Assembly (NCBI GenBank): GCA_022425725.1
Contig: JAKMEY010000037.1
Span: 32,805-96,804, forward strand
DNA from: Ilumatobacteraceae bacterium
GTDB taxonomy: Bacteria > Actinomycetota > Acidimicrobiia > Acidimicrobiales > Ilumatobacteraceae
Direction: 5' to 3'
Length of the DNA stretch: 64,000 bases
This document shows positions 30,617 to 39,829 of this stretch, in pieces (position 1 is the first letter of the stretch; the number at the start of each line of letters is the position of its first letter). The notes beneath the pieces are model-generated. The model saw nothing but the letters and a program-made list of their open reading frames with translations. It did not search any database and was not told the origin of the DNA. Made by a program: the position numbers and the translations under genes.

Positions 30617-31639
30617 ATGACCACTCGACCACACCTTCGTGTTGGCGCCTGCTACGACTTCCGAAATCCAAAGGATTCGCCACTTTCGTGGCCTCAACTG
30701 TATGGCGCAGTCCTCGATCAGATTGCGTGGCTCGACGAACTTGGGTTCGATCTTGTGTGGTTCACCGAACACCATTTCGTCGACGACGGCTACCTGCCAT
30801 CGTGGATTCCAGTGGCGGGAGCGGTCGCCTCACGCACGAGTCGAATCAGAATCTCATCAGACATCACCCTGATGCCTTTCCAGGAACCACTCCGACTCGC
30901 AGAAGACCTCGCCGTGCTCGACAACATCTCGAACGGGCGAATGGAAATCGGTGTCGGCATGGGCTACGCCCTTCATGAGTTTCACGGATTCAATATTCCG
31001 CGGGCGCAGCGTGTCTCACGAACCGAAGAAGGAGTCGAAATTCTCCAACGGGCGTTCTCCGGAGAGCGCTTCTCATACGACGGTAAACGCTTCACGTACA
31101 ACGATGTCCGAGTGACACCAACTCCCGTGCAAGAAGGAGGCCCTCCAATCTGGATGGCAGCGATGGGAACACCAGGCGCCGAGCGCGCTGCGCGTCTCGG
31201 GCTTCACCTGCTCCCCCAGGGCGCAGCTGATCAAGTGCTCGACCCGTGGCGGGAGGCAACTCGGGCACGCGGCGACGACCCCTCGGCTCGTCGGGTTGGC
31301 ATCATCAGACCGTGGCTTGTCACCGATGATCGAGATCGCGACTGGCCCCCAATCCGGGCAGCCGAGCGGTACAAAGCTGGAATTTACGCCGACTGGCTCA
31401 CGTCATCAGGTGACAACGTGTCGCTCCAGCTCACCGGCAACTCCGATCCCATACCGCAGACCTGGATTATCGGCGACGAAGACATCGTGTTCGACGAGAT
31501 GTGCCGGTTCATCGATGCCTACGGCATAACCGATGTTGTGACTTGGGGGTGCCCTCCAGGTTTTGATCCCGAGCAGATGAATGAAAGTTTTGAACGATTT
31601 GCCACCGGAGTTCTTCCACGACTTCGGGAACGCTACTGA
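30617..31639 (+). CDS. Luciferase-like (LLM class) flavin/F420-dependent oxidoreductase
   Basis: 340 aa. ...LDELGFDLVWFTEHHF..., ...LAEDLAVLDNISNGRMEIGVGMGY... are typical LLM blocks. Confidence 0.8.
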   Translation: MTTRPHLRVGACYDFRNPKDSPLSWPQLYGAVLDQIAWLDELGFDLVWFTEHHFVDDGYLPSWIPVAGAVASRTSRIRISSDITLMPFQEPLRLAEDLAVLDNISNGRMEIGVGMGYALHEFHGFNIPRAQRVSRTEEGVEILQRAFSGERFSYDGKRFTYNDVRVTPTPVQEGGPPIWMAAMGTPGAERAARLGLHLLPQGAADQVLDPWREATRARGDDPSARRVGIIRPWLVTDDRDRDWPPIRAAERYKAGIYADWLTSSGDNVSLQLTGNSDPIPQTWIIGDEDIVFDEMCRFIDAYGITDVVTWGCPPGFDPEQMNESFERFATGVLPRLRERY

Positions 31640-31705
31640 AGGTATTTGACTCCGTTACTCGCGATGTGACGACACGAGGGTGAAAACTTCCGCAAAGATA
31701 GAGAC

Positions 31706-32839
31706 ATGAAACGCATTTCTCTTATGACCTCTGTGGCATTGATCATTGCACTGACCACTGCGTGTTCATCATCGGTCACCCTCACCAACGAGCCCGCCGC
31801 CACGCTCGGTTCTCCTCAAACCACCATCGTCAATGCTGATCCGTCGACATCTGCCCAACCAACAGAATCGTCAACACCAACCAACGACAATGCCGACAGC
31901 TCCGACGATGAGTCGTCAGAAAACCCCGAATCAACCTCGACGACGGCCCCAGATGCGGGCGCAACGTCGACCACGACGACTGTCGAGCCGGTGGACCCGG
32001 TTGAACCAGAATTGAGTCCAGAACTCATCGCAGCCCGCGACGAGCTGCAATCTCAATATGCGAGTTCACGTCTGTACGGTCCAATCAGCACCGAGCGGTG
32101 TGGAGTTCGAGCCGGAATTCTCATCGGCCCCGAACAGTGGGGCCCGCTCGAAGATGCGGAAGACCAGCGGATACCCGAAGCAGCAATGTTCAACTTGGTT
32201 GATGGCGAATGGATACGCACCGACCACATCAGCTACCAAAACGCCGTGAGCAATGGCATCGCTGCGGGAGCGTTCACTCAACTCTCGTTCATCTCTGTCT
32301 CCGGCTATGACGAGCCGCTGCTCGTGCGTGCCGAAAGCACGAGCGATGGCAACTACGAGACGGTCAAAAAGCTTGACTCGAACTGCCGTTGGTGGGACCG
32401 TCCCGTCATCACGCTGTGCGGGGTCAATCGCATCGCTGCCAACATCACTGATTCTGGCTCGATGAACATGGTGTACCAGTCGCTCTACAACGACAATCCG
32501 TGGCCATGTGAACCATCAGGATCAATTCCCATTCAGTGGAACCCGGAATTTCAGATGATCGAACCAGCGGTAAGCGGAGCCAACTGGTGTGCTGCATACG
32601 TACCTGACGCCGAGGTCGAATATCCACTTGCGCCTTGTGTTGTCGGCGACAGGGTCACGGCTATCCAAAACGGCCTCGCCGCAGCCGGATTTAACGTCGA
32701 TACCGATGGATATTTTGGCCCCGGCACGATGCGCACCGTCATGCGCTATCAACAACGCCAAGGCCTCGATATCACCGGTGTTGTCTCTGAAGAACTCGCC
32801 GTTCAACTCACTGCCGGTAACAGCGGAGATGGCGACTGA
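31706..32839 (+). CDS. Exported (lipobox-like) protein with Cys-containing central region and C-terminal peptidoglycan-binding domain
   Basis: 377 aa. MKRISLMTSVALIIALTTAC signal, then an S/T/D/E/P-rich linker. The C-terminal GDRVTAIQNGLAAAGFNVDTDGYFGPGTMRTVMRYQQRQGLDITGVV matches PG_binding_1. Confidence 0.65.
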   Translation: MKRISLMTSVALIIALTTACSSSVTLTNEPAATLGSPQTTIVNADPSTSAQPTESSTPTNDNADSSDDESSENPESTSTTAPDAGATSTTTTVEPVDPVEPELSPELIAARDELQSQYASSRLYGPISTERCGVRAGILIGPEQWGPLEDAEDQRIPEAAMFNLVDGEWIRTDHISYQNAVSNGIAAGAFTQLSFISVSGYDEPLLVRAESTSDGNYETVKKLDSNCRWWDRPVITLCGVNRIAANITDSGSMNMVYQSLYNDNPWPCEPSGSIPIQWNPEFQMIEPAVSGANWCAAYVPDAEVEYPLAPCVVGDRVTAIQNGLAAAGFNVDTDGYFGPGTMRTVMRYQQRQGLDITGVVSEELAVQLTAGNSGDGD

Positions 32840-32876
32840 ACCAACGCTGATAACTCTCAGTACGCTGTCACTCACA

Positions 32877-32957
<81 letters not shown>

Positions 32958-34565
32958 CTACCTCAGCGGTCGTGTGGTCACGGTTGAGAAGCACATCTCG
33001 TCGTCTGAACCGTATGACCACAGCACATAGGCGGGCTCAAGATTTGGATCGCGTCGTGAACGTTCCCACGTGCATTCAAACCGAAGCACATCTCCGGTCT
33101 GCAACTCGATCGTCTCGACCGGTCGATATGAGTACTGCCAGTCGTAATCCCAATCTGGGATATCCAGCAAGATCATCTCACGGTCGGTGTCAGGGTTAAG
33201 AGTCATTCGGTACTGGGCCCCAAGGTCGTGCATGTGTCCGAGCACCGACACAATCTCACCAGGTTCTTGCACAACTCGATCGCACGAACTCCACGCCACA
33301 CCATCGGTCATATGAGCAAATGCGTCCGGCGTCACGCCGCAGCCCAAATTGATGAGGTCGGCAGGTAACAGTCCGTACTCTTCGCGCATGGCCTCCGCGA
33401 CCACCTCCCGATCGCAAAGCAGCCCCTCTTCATCGGTTGAACACGGGATTTCCGCCGGAGTGAGATAGCGATTAATCGAAATCGGTTCGAGATCTGACGT
33501 CGCCGGCTCGATGTCGATCTCTAGCCATGACGAATCAGGGTCAACTGCGATTTCGTAGTGATAGTGAACTTGGATGACAAAGAAGTCTCCGGGTTCGATC
33601 GTGAGCCCGGTTCCTTCCGGATACTCGAGTGGCAATTGCCCAGGGGCCCATCCGACAAGGAATGTGTCTTCCGCAAGACCGGTACCGCCGTAACATTCCC
33701 ATCCACTACCGGGGTCGTCGAGGTCTCGCTGTTGAGCGGCCTCTGCCTGTGAAGCAGGCACCAGATAACCGATTGCGTGGTGCACAACCTCAGTCTGATC
33801 CGGCATGAACTGCAGGCTCCGAAGCCACGACGTGCGCTCAATCTCGGGGTAGTACACGAGGCATCGATAGTCATCGAATCGACCGCTTTCGTTGTCGTAC
33901 GGCTCAGTCGGCGGCACCACAAAGTCAGGGTCTTCGATTCGGACGCTTCTGCCTCCGATTACAGGTGTCGTCGGATCGACGTCGAGAACTGCCCCGTTAT
34001 CAATCCATTCGAGAATCGGCGCAAGAGCCTCCTCCTCGATTTCGAACGAGTTCTTATAGGCGATGCCGAGATTGCTCGCAGGCCACGGCGGCATGTAGCC
34101 CGACAGCAACGCTGCTCTAATGAACTGAGCATTTTCTGAGACGTCTCGGGCTTCAGAAAGATTCCAGTGGACCGATCCCGGTCCGCCGGGATTGTGACAA
34201 CTCCCGCAGTTATTGCTCATTACCGGAGCGACAGCCGAGGAGAAGGTCGCCTCCACCACAACATCGTCGCTCTCGGTGTCATCGGTCCCGCTGTCATCAG
34301 TTGATGCGTCACTTCCAGACGTCAACGGAGCACTCGTCGTCGTGGATGTCTCCGTGTCAGCTTGAGAGCTCGCCGGCACATTCGTCGTTGTCGAGCTACT
34401 CGCTTCTGTTTCTGGGGACAACGATGAGGTTTCGTCGACACGTTCAGGGACGGTCGTCACCGATGGAGCATCGACGGCGACCGGCTCGGTCTGGGACGTT
34501 GAACACCCAGCGATCGCAACCGCTACAAACGCAACGACTGCTCGCTGAGCAATGTTCGACGTCAC
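32958..34565 (-). CDS. Lipoprotein: mono-haem cytochrome c-like module fused to a PHM/DBH-type copper type II monooxygenase fold
   Basis: The GTG at 34565 gives VTSNIAQRAVVAFVAVAIAGC with lipobox IAGC, whereas the ATG at 34667 would overlap the thiolase by 86 nt. An S/T/D-rich linker follows, then CGSCH...GYMPPW (CxxCH plus distal Met-Pro). After that come DDYRC, VVHHAIGY, FFVIQVHYHY, LGHMHDLG and SDDEMCF, which match the CuH (HH, H) and CuM (HxH, M) ligand blocks. Confidence 0.75.
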   Translation of the reverse strand: MTSNIAQRAVVAFVAVAIAGCSTSQTEPVAVDAPSVTTVPERVDETSSLSPETEASSSTTTNVPASSQADTETSTTTSAPLTSGSDASTDDSGTDDTESDDVVVEATFSSAVAPVMSNNCGSCHNPGGPGSVHWNLSEARDVSENAQFIRAALLSGYMPPWPASNLGIAYKNSFEIEEEALAPILEWIDNGAVLDVDPTTPVIGGRSVRIEDPDFVVPPTEPYDNESGRFDDYRCLVYYPEIERTSWLRSLQFMPDQTEVVHHAIGYLVPASQAEAAQQRDLDDPGSGWECYGGTGLAEDTFLVGWAPGQLPLEYPEGTGLTIEPGDFFVIQVHYHYEIAVDPDSSWLEIDIEPATSDLEPISINRYLTPAEIPCSTDEEGLLCDREVVAEAMREEYGLLPADLINLGCGVTPDAFAHMTDGVAWSSCDRVVQEPGEIVSVLGHMHDLGAQYRMTLNPDTDREMILLDIPDWDYDWQYSYRPVETIELQTGDVLRFECTWERSRRDPNLEPAYVLWSYGSDDEMCFSTVTTRPLR

Positions 34566-34581
34566 TGAACAGAGACTGTCG

Positions 34582-35730
34582 TCAGAGTCGCTCAATGATG
34601 GTGACGTTTGCTTGGCCGCCACCCTCACACATCGTCTGGAGGCCATATCGGCCGTTGGTGCGCTCAAGTTCGTTGAGCAACGTCACCATCAGGCGGGCAC
34701 CGGTTGCACCAAGAGGGTGACCGAGAGCGATTGCGCCACCACTCGGGTTGACCTTTGCGGGGTCGGCACCAATTTCTTTCAACCATGCCATTGGTACTGG
34801 GGCGAATGCCTCGTTGATTTCGACGACATCGATGTCATCGATGCTCAATCCGGTGCGCTCGAGCGCGCGCCGTGTTGCGGGAATCGGTGCCGACAGCATC
34901 ATGATCGGATCATCCGCGAGCACCGTCATATGGTGGATACGAGCCCGAGGTGTCAGCCCGTGGCGCTCAACTGCCTCTTCGCTTGCAACCAGCAGCGCAG
35001 CTGAGCCATCAGAGATCTGGCTCGCTACTGCGGCGGTGATGCGACCACCCTCACGCAATGTTGCGAGTGACTGCATTTTCTCGATGTTTGGTTCACGTGG
35101 ACCCTCGTCGTAGTCAAGGCCATTGAGTGGCACGATCTCGTTATCAAAACGGCCCTCTTCACGTGCCCGAAGTGCGCGTTCGTGTGATTCAACGGCGAAG
35201 GCTTCCATCTCTTCCCGAGTGAGGTTCCAGTGCTCTGCCATGAGTTCTGCCCCATGGAACTGGCTCACCTCGGTGCCGCCGAACCGTGAGTGCCAACCCT
35301 CTGCTCCGGTGAAGGGGTCGAATTCAGGGTCATCCTTGCCGGCCTGAGATCCTGCGGTAATGGGCACCATCGACATGTTCTCAACGCCGCCCGCAACGAC
35401 GATGTCCATCGTTCCTGACATGACAGCCTGAGCGCCGAACTGCACGGCCTGTTGGGCTGAACCGCATTGGCGGTCGATGGTGACACCTGGAACATGCATC
35501 GGGAGTCCGGCGGTCAGCCACGATGTACGAGCGATACAACCGGACTGTTCCCAGATCGAGTTCACGTTTCCGAAGACCACATCATCAACCGCTTCTGGAT
35601 CAACGCCAGAGCGTTCAACAAGATGCTTAATCGAGTGGGCCCCAAGATCGGCAGGGTGAACGGTAGAGAGCGCTCCTCCACGTCGGCCGACGGGCGAGCG
35701 AACTGCGTCAACAATGAATGCTTCGGTCAT
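34582..35730 (-). CDS. Acetyl-CoA C-acetyltransferase (thiolase)
   Basis: MTEAFIVDAVRSPVGRRGG..., active-site Cys in IDRQCGSAQQA and C-terminal NPSGGAIALGHPLGATG and CEGGGQA. Start trimmed to the ATG at 35730. Confidence 0.93.
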   Translation of the reverse strand: MTEAFIVDAVRSPVGRRGGALSTVHPADLGAHSIKHLVERSGVDPEAVDDVVFGNVNSIWEQSGCIARTSWLTAGLPMHVPGVTIDRQCGSAQQAVQFGAQAVMSGTMDIVVAGGVENMSMVPITAGSQAGKDDPEFDPFTGAEGWHSRFGGTEVSQFHGAELMAEHWNLTREEMEAFAVESHERALRAREEGRFDNEIVPLNGLDYDEGPREPNIEKMQSLATLREGGRITAAVASQISDGSAALLVASEEAVERHGLTPRARIHHMTVLADDPIMMLSAPIPATRRALERTGLSIDDIDVVEINEAFAPVPMAWLKEIGADPAKVNPSGGAIALGHPLGATGARLMVTLLNELERTNGRYGLQTMCEGGGQANVTIIERL

Positions 35731-35801
35731 ACAGGTCACGGTACATCGGTGACCGTCTCCCGACATCATCCGACAGCATCGATTCGTGGCAGGCTCTCTT
35801 G

Positions 35802-36830
35802 ATGCACATCGACGCGATTCCAACGCCGGCTGCGGTCGTTGATGCCTCGACACTCTCGCGGAACCTGCAATCGATGGCAGCACGGCTTCCGGGCTTATCA
35901 TTGCGGCCACACGTGAAGGCACATAAATGCACTGCGCTCGCTGCACAACAGGTCGCACACGGGCATCATTCCTTCACCTGCGCAACGCCTCGAGAGGTCA
36001 TTGGAATGATCGGTGCTGGCGTCGGGGACGATCTCTTGCTTGCGAACTCTGTGCTGAACGTTGATCGCCTTACCGAGGTGGCGACTGCAGCGGAATCTGC
36101 GGGTGTGATTGCACGAGTTGCGGTTGACTCGATTGAAACCATCGAAGCAGCTCATCGTGCCGGTATTCGAGACGTCATCATTGATGTTGACGTCGGAATG
36201 CCACGCTGTGGGGTACGGCCTGACCAGGCTGGCCAACTCGCTGACATCGCACGGCAACGCGGGCTATCCGTGTCGGGCGTGATGGGATACGAGGGGCACC
36301 TGCAAATGGTGAACGACCGGAGTGAGGCAAAGGAACGAGTTGCAGAGGCGATGGCCTTACTTCGGGCAGCCCATGATGATGTTGGCGGTGACATCGTGTC
36401 GACCGGGGGAACCGGCACTCACGACCTCCACACCATCGGTCTCGACCACCCCACGGGAGTAACCGATGTACAGGCGGGCTCGTATGTGATGGTGGACACT
36501 CAGTACACAACGCTCAACCAAGGATTTGAGCAGGCACTCACCATCGTTGGGACGGTGATTGCACATCACGGCTCGCGATATGTCATCGATGTTGGCCTTA
36601 AGGCACTCGGAATGGATCATGGCGACCCGAGTATCGATGGCTGCAACGTCTGGTTCTGTTCAGATGAACACACCACGTTCAGTAGTTCTGATCGCACATT
36701 TCACATCGGTGACCGGGTGCATGTACGGCCCGCGCATATTGACCCAACGATTGCTCGCCACGAAGAGCTCTGGATTGTCGACAATGGCGAGGTCATCGAT
36801 CGTTGGCCGATCGACCTGCGCCACTGGTGA
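35802..36830 (+). CDS. Alanine-racemase-fold PLP enzyme, DSD1 / D-threonine aldolase / D-serine dehydratase-like
   Basis: MHIDAIPTPAAVVD...LRPHVKAHKC (PLP Lys block), with a C-terminal beta domain containing ...HGD...C.DEHT... Start trimmed to the ATG at 35802. Confidence 0.75.
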   Translation: MHIDAIPTPAAVVDASTLSRNLQSMAARLPGLSLRPHVKAHKCTALAAQQVAHGHHSFTCATPREVIGMIGAGVGDDLLLANSVLNVDRLTEVATAAESAGVIARVAVDSIETIEAAHRAGIRDVIIDVDVGMPRCGVRPDQAGQLADIARQRGLSVSGVMGYEGHLQMVNDRSEAKERVAEAMALLRAAHDDVGGDIVSTGGTGTHDLHTIGLDHPTGVTDVQAGSYVMVDTQYTTLNQGFEQALTIVGTVIAHHGSRYVIDVGLKALGMDHGDPSIDGCNVWFCSDEHTTFSSSDRTFHIGDRVHVRPAHIDPTIARHEELWIVDNGEVIDRWPIDLRHW

Positions 36831-36833
36831 ACT

Positions 36834-37445
36834 TCACCCCTCGGTCGATGAATGAAGCGCTAACGCCCCGGCAAGGGCAGAGAAAGCGCGCGCCCGATGA
36901 GACATCACGTTCTTCTCATCTGCCGACATTTGAGCGAATGACCGCCCATTACCGTCATCCGGGATGAAGATCGAGTCGTAACCAAAACCCGCGTCGCCCA
37001 TTTCAGCCTCGGCGATGTGACCCTCGCAGACACCTTCAACAACGATCTCGTCGCCATTCGGCCACACCACCATGACGACGGTTCTAAAACGTGCAGTTCG
37101 GAGACGCTGCTCAACACCGCTCATGTCGTAGAGCAATTTGCGACGGTTGTCAGCGTAGGTTGCATTCTCACCAGCGAATCGAGCCGCATAGATTCCCGGA
37201 GCACCACCGAGGGCATCAACCTCAAGCCCGGTGTCATCAGCAACAGCTGCGTGACCACTTGCACCACATACTGCGACGGCCTTGAGCCGAGCATTTCCGG
37301 TGAGCGAGTCAGCGTCTTCGATCACTTCCCCAAGCATCGCTGGCCGTGGCTCCATCTTGGCAATACCGGTCAGCAACTGTTCAATTTCAGCGACTTTGTC
37401 AGGGTTCGCTGAGGCGCAGACGAGCCGAAGTTGACGAGCTGTCAT
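36834..37445 (-). CDS. rdgB: Non-canonical purine NTP pyrophosphatase (RdgB/HAM1)
   Basis: 203 aa. [29 protein letters not shown]-like and GFGYDSIF blocks. Overlaps the rph stop. Confidence 0.9.
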   Translation of the reverse strand: MTARQLRLVCASANPDKVAEIEQLLTGIAKMEPRPAMLGEVIEDADSLTGNARLKAVAVCGASGHAAVADDTGLEVDALGGAPGIYAARFAGENATYADNRRKLLYDMSGVEQRLRTARFRTVVMVVWPNGDEIVVEGVCEGHIAEAEMGDAGFGYDSIFIPDDGNGRSFAQMSADEKNVMSHRARAFSALAGALALHSSTEG

Positions 37446-38197
37446 GAACGAGGCAAAGGCGGCGACGAAATAAGTTCATCTTGCAAATCAGCAATCGAGG
37501 CGAGCCCGGATTCTGCGAGCACAAGCATCGAATCAAGTTCACTGCGAGTGAACGCCATTCCTTCTGCAGTGCCCTGCACCTCAACAAATCGAGCTTGGCC
37601 ACCGACGCCAGCGGGGCGAAGCATCACGACGTTCATGTCGACTTCGGCCCGAGAATCTTCGACGTACGGAAGGTCGAGTACAGGCACCCCGTCAACAATG
37701 CCAACCGAGATTGCGGCACACGTGGAGTGCAACGGATGTGATGCAATGAGACCTTGCTGCACTCGTCGAGTGAGCGCATCGTGAAGCGCCAAATATCCCC
37801 CGCAGATCGACGCAGTTCGCGTTCCTCCGTCGGCTTGAATCACGTCACAGTCGACCACCACCTGGCGTTCCCCGAGCAACGACATATCGCACGCGGCCCG
37901 AAGTGCTCGTGCGATAAGCCGCTGAATTTCGACGGTGCGTCCAGACTGCTTTCCTTTTGCCGCTTCGCGGTCAACGCGCTCTGGCGACGACCCGGGCAGC
38001 ATCGAATATTCAGCGGTGACCCATCCTGTCCCTCGCCCTTTCATCCAACGAGGGACGTCCTCATCGATAGATGCGGTACAGAGCACCTTCGTGCGTCCGA
38101 CGGTTACAAGACACGAACCGTCTGACATTTCAGTGAAATCACGTTCGAATGTGATTGGACGTAGTTCGTCTGACGATCGGCCATCAGGTCGCGACAT
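37442..38197 (-). CDS. rph: Ribonuclease PH
   Basis: 251 aa. RPDGR...[27 protein letters not shown] and [14 protein letters not shown] blocks. Confidence 0.95.
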   Translation of the reverse strand: MSRPDGRSSDELRPITFERDFTEMSDGSCLVTVGRTKVLCTASIDEDVPRWMKGRGTGWVTAEYSMLPGSSPERVDREAAKGKQSGRTVEIQRLIARALRAACDMSLLGERQVVVDCDVIQADGGTRTASICGGYLALHDALTRRVQQGLIASHPLHSTCAAISVGIVDGVPVLDLPYVEDSRAEVDMNVVMLRPAGVGGQARFVEVQGTAEGMAFTRSELDSMLVLAESGLASIADLQDELISSPPLPRS

Positions 38198-38242
38198 TGA
38201 TTCTCTTCCTCTCGAGTAGTCGTGCCCCTTCAGGCTACGTGC

Positions 38243-39052
38243 TCAGCGCTCCCAGTGTTCTGCTGCGACGAGGTCTGCGCCGAACAGTGCTGATCCGAGG
38301 TCACGAAACGTGTCGACATCACCGCTCGACAGAAACCGACGGGTTCCAACCTCACCAGGTTCGCGAAGAAGGAGCAGTTCGCGTAGTCGTTCACTTACCT
38401 CGAACGCAGTTTCATCCGCTGACGACACAAGCACCACGTCTGGGCCCATGACCTCGCCGATCGTCCTCGCAAGGAATGGGTAGTGGGTGCAGCCCAACAG
38501 CAATGTGTCGACCTTGGCTTCAATCAATGGTGCCAGTAAGCGCTCCGCAAGCACCATGACTTCATCGCCACTCAATTGACCACGTTCAACGAACTCGACG
38601 AAACCTGGACACGCCGCGCTCGACAGTTCGATGCCGCTCTCTGTCTGTCGTGCTGCCGCTTCAACTGCCTGAACGTACGCACCTGACGAGATCGTGCCAA
38701 TGGTTCCGATCACTCCAACTCGGCCGGCTCGGGAGGCTCTGATGACGGCTGAAGCTCCAGGTGTGACGACATCAAAAATCGGAACGTCAAGCTCGTCTCT
38801 CAAATCGTCGAGTCCGGCGGCAGTCGCAGTGTTGCAGGCGACGACAATTGCCTTCACATTGAAATCATCGACGAGTGAGTGAGCGAGCTCGCTGGCATAT
38901 CCGCGCACATCATCGAGTGGCTTCGACCCATAGGGATACCGGCCGGTGTCACCGATGTAGATGTAGTCCTCGGCGGGAAGGAGATCAATAAGAGCTCGAG
39001 CAACGGTGAGACCCCCAAAGCCCGAGTCGAAGATCCCGATTGGCTGGTCCAC
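38243..39052 (-). CDS. murI: Glutamate racemase
   Basis: 269 aa. IGIFDSGFGGLTV, YIGDTGRYPYG, VVACNTA and LGCTHYP (both catalytic Cys contexts). Confidence 0.93.
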   Translation of the reverse strand: MDQPIGIFDSGFGGLTVARALIDLLPAEDYIYIGDTGRYPYGSKPLDDVRGYASELAHSLVDDFNVKAIVVACNTATAAGLDDLRDELDVPIFDVVTPGASAVIRASRAGRVGVIGTIGTISSGAYVQAVEAAARQTESGIELSSAACPGFVEFVERGQLSGDEVMVLAERLLAPLIEAKVDTLLLGCTHYPFLARTIGEVMGPDVVLVSSADETAFEVSERLRELLLLREPGEVGTRRFLSSGDVDTFRDLGSALFGADLVAAEHWER

Positions 39053-39142
39053 GGTCGTAACGCTACTGACGGCTCGCTTGTGAATGTGGTCAAGCTCAGC
39101 TCAGCCACACACCTCAAAGGAAACTGCGGAGGTCAATCGCCC

Positions 39143-39817
39143 TCAATCGTCAACAATGTCTGTTGAGCCGTTGTCGCTGTAGTCGAGTGTCTGAATTGGC
39201 TCGATCGCCGAAGTGACGATGCCTGCAAGATTCGCAACAATACGTTTCCAATAACGGTGCAAGACCGCTCGAGGAACCGCCCAGTGACCGGGCTCATCAG
39301 ACCGCATGTATTCATGAATCTTTTGCTCGCACTCTCGATTCATTTCCATTGAGCGATCGAGGAACTGTCGAGCGTCATCGACGTCAAGCGAGACAAGAAT
39401 ATCTGCGGCGTCCACATACATTTGCGAAATCGTCTGCCGGCGCATCAGAAATTCGTCGACATCCGGGGCACCTGACAGCGAAATTCCATCTTCAGCGAGA
39501 TCGAGAATGTTCTTTGCCTGATCCCCTATTCGCTCAATTTTCTTCAGCAGCAGCGTGTAGCCCATCACCACACCGATGTCGTCCCCACCATGCACCGCAA
39601 TATGAACGACGAGTTCCGACCTCAACCGTTGTTCGGCAGCATTGATTCGATCGTCCGTGGCACGAATGTCAGAGCTCACTGCGGATGCATCTGCTCCGGC
39701 AAGAAGTGCGGTCGATGCAAGGTCAAACGAGTGACGCGCATCGCCGAGCATCAGCACGGTCTCGTGAGATATTCGTTCGAGCGGTGACTCCCCTTTTTTA
39801 AAAAACGACAAGACCAT
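39143..39817 (-). CDS. PhoU-domain protein (phosphate transport accessory/regulator-like)
   Basis: 224 aa helical protein with two PhoU-like repeats (DDRINAAEQRLRSEL... and KKIERIGDQAKNI). Lies directly downstream of the Na/Pi cotransporter gene. Confidence 0.7.
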   Translation of the reverse strand: MVLSFFKKGESPLERISHETVLMLGDARHSFDLASTALLAGADASAVSSDIRATDDRINAAEQRLRSELVVHIAVHGGDDIGVVMGYTLLLKKIERIGDQAKNILDLAEDGISLSGAPDVDEFLMRRQTISQMYVDAADILVSLDVDDARQFLDRSMEMNRECEQKIHEYMRSDEPGHWAVPRAVLHRYWKRIVANLAGIVTSAIEPIQTLDYSDNGSTDIVDD

Positions 39818-39829
39818 GAGATCCCTCCA

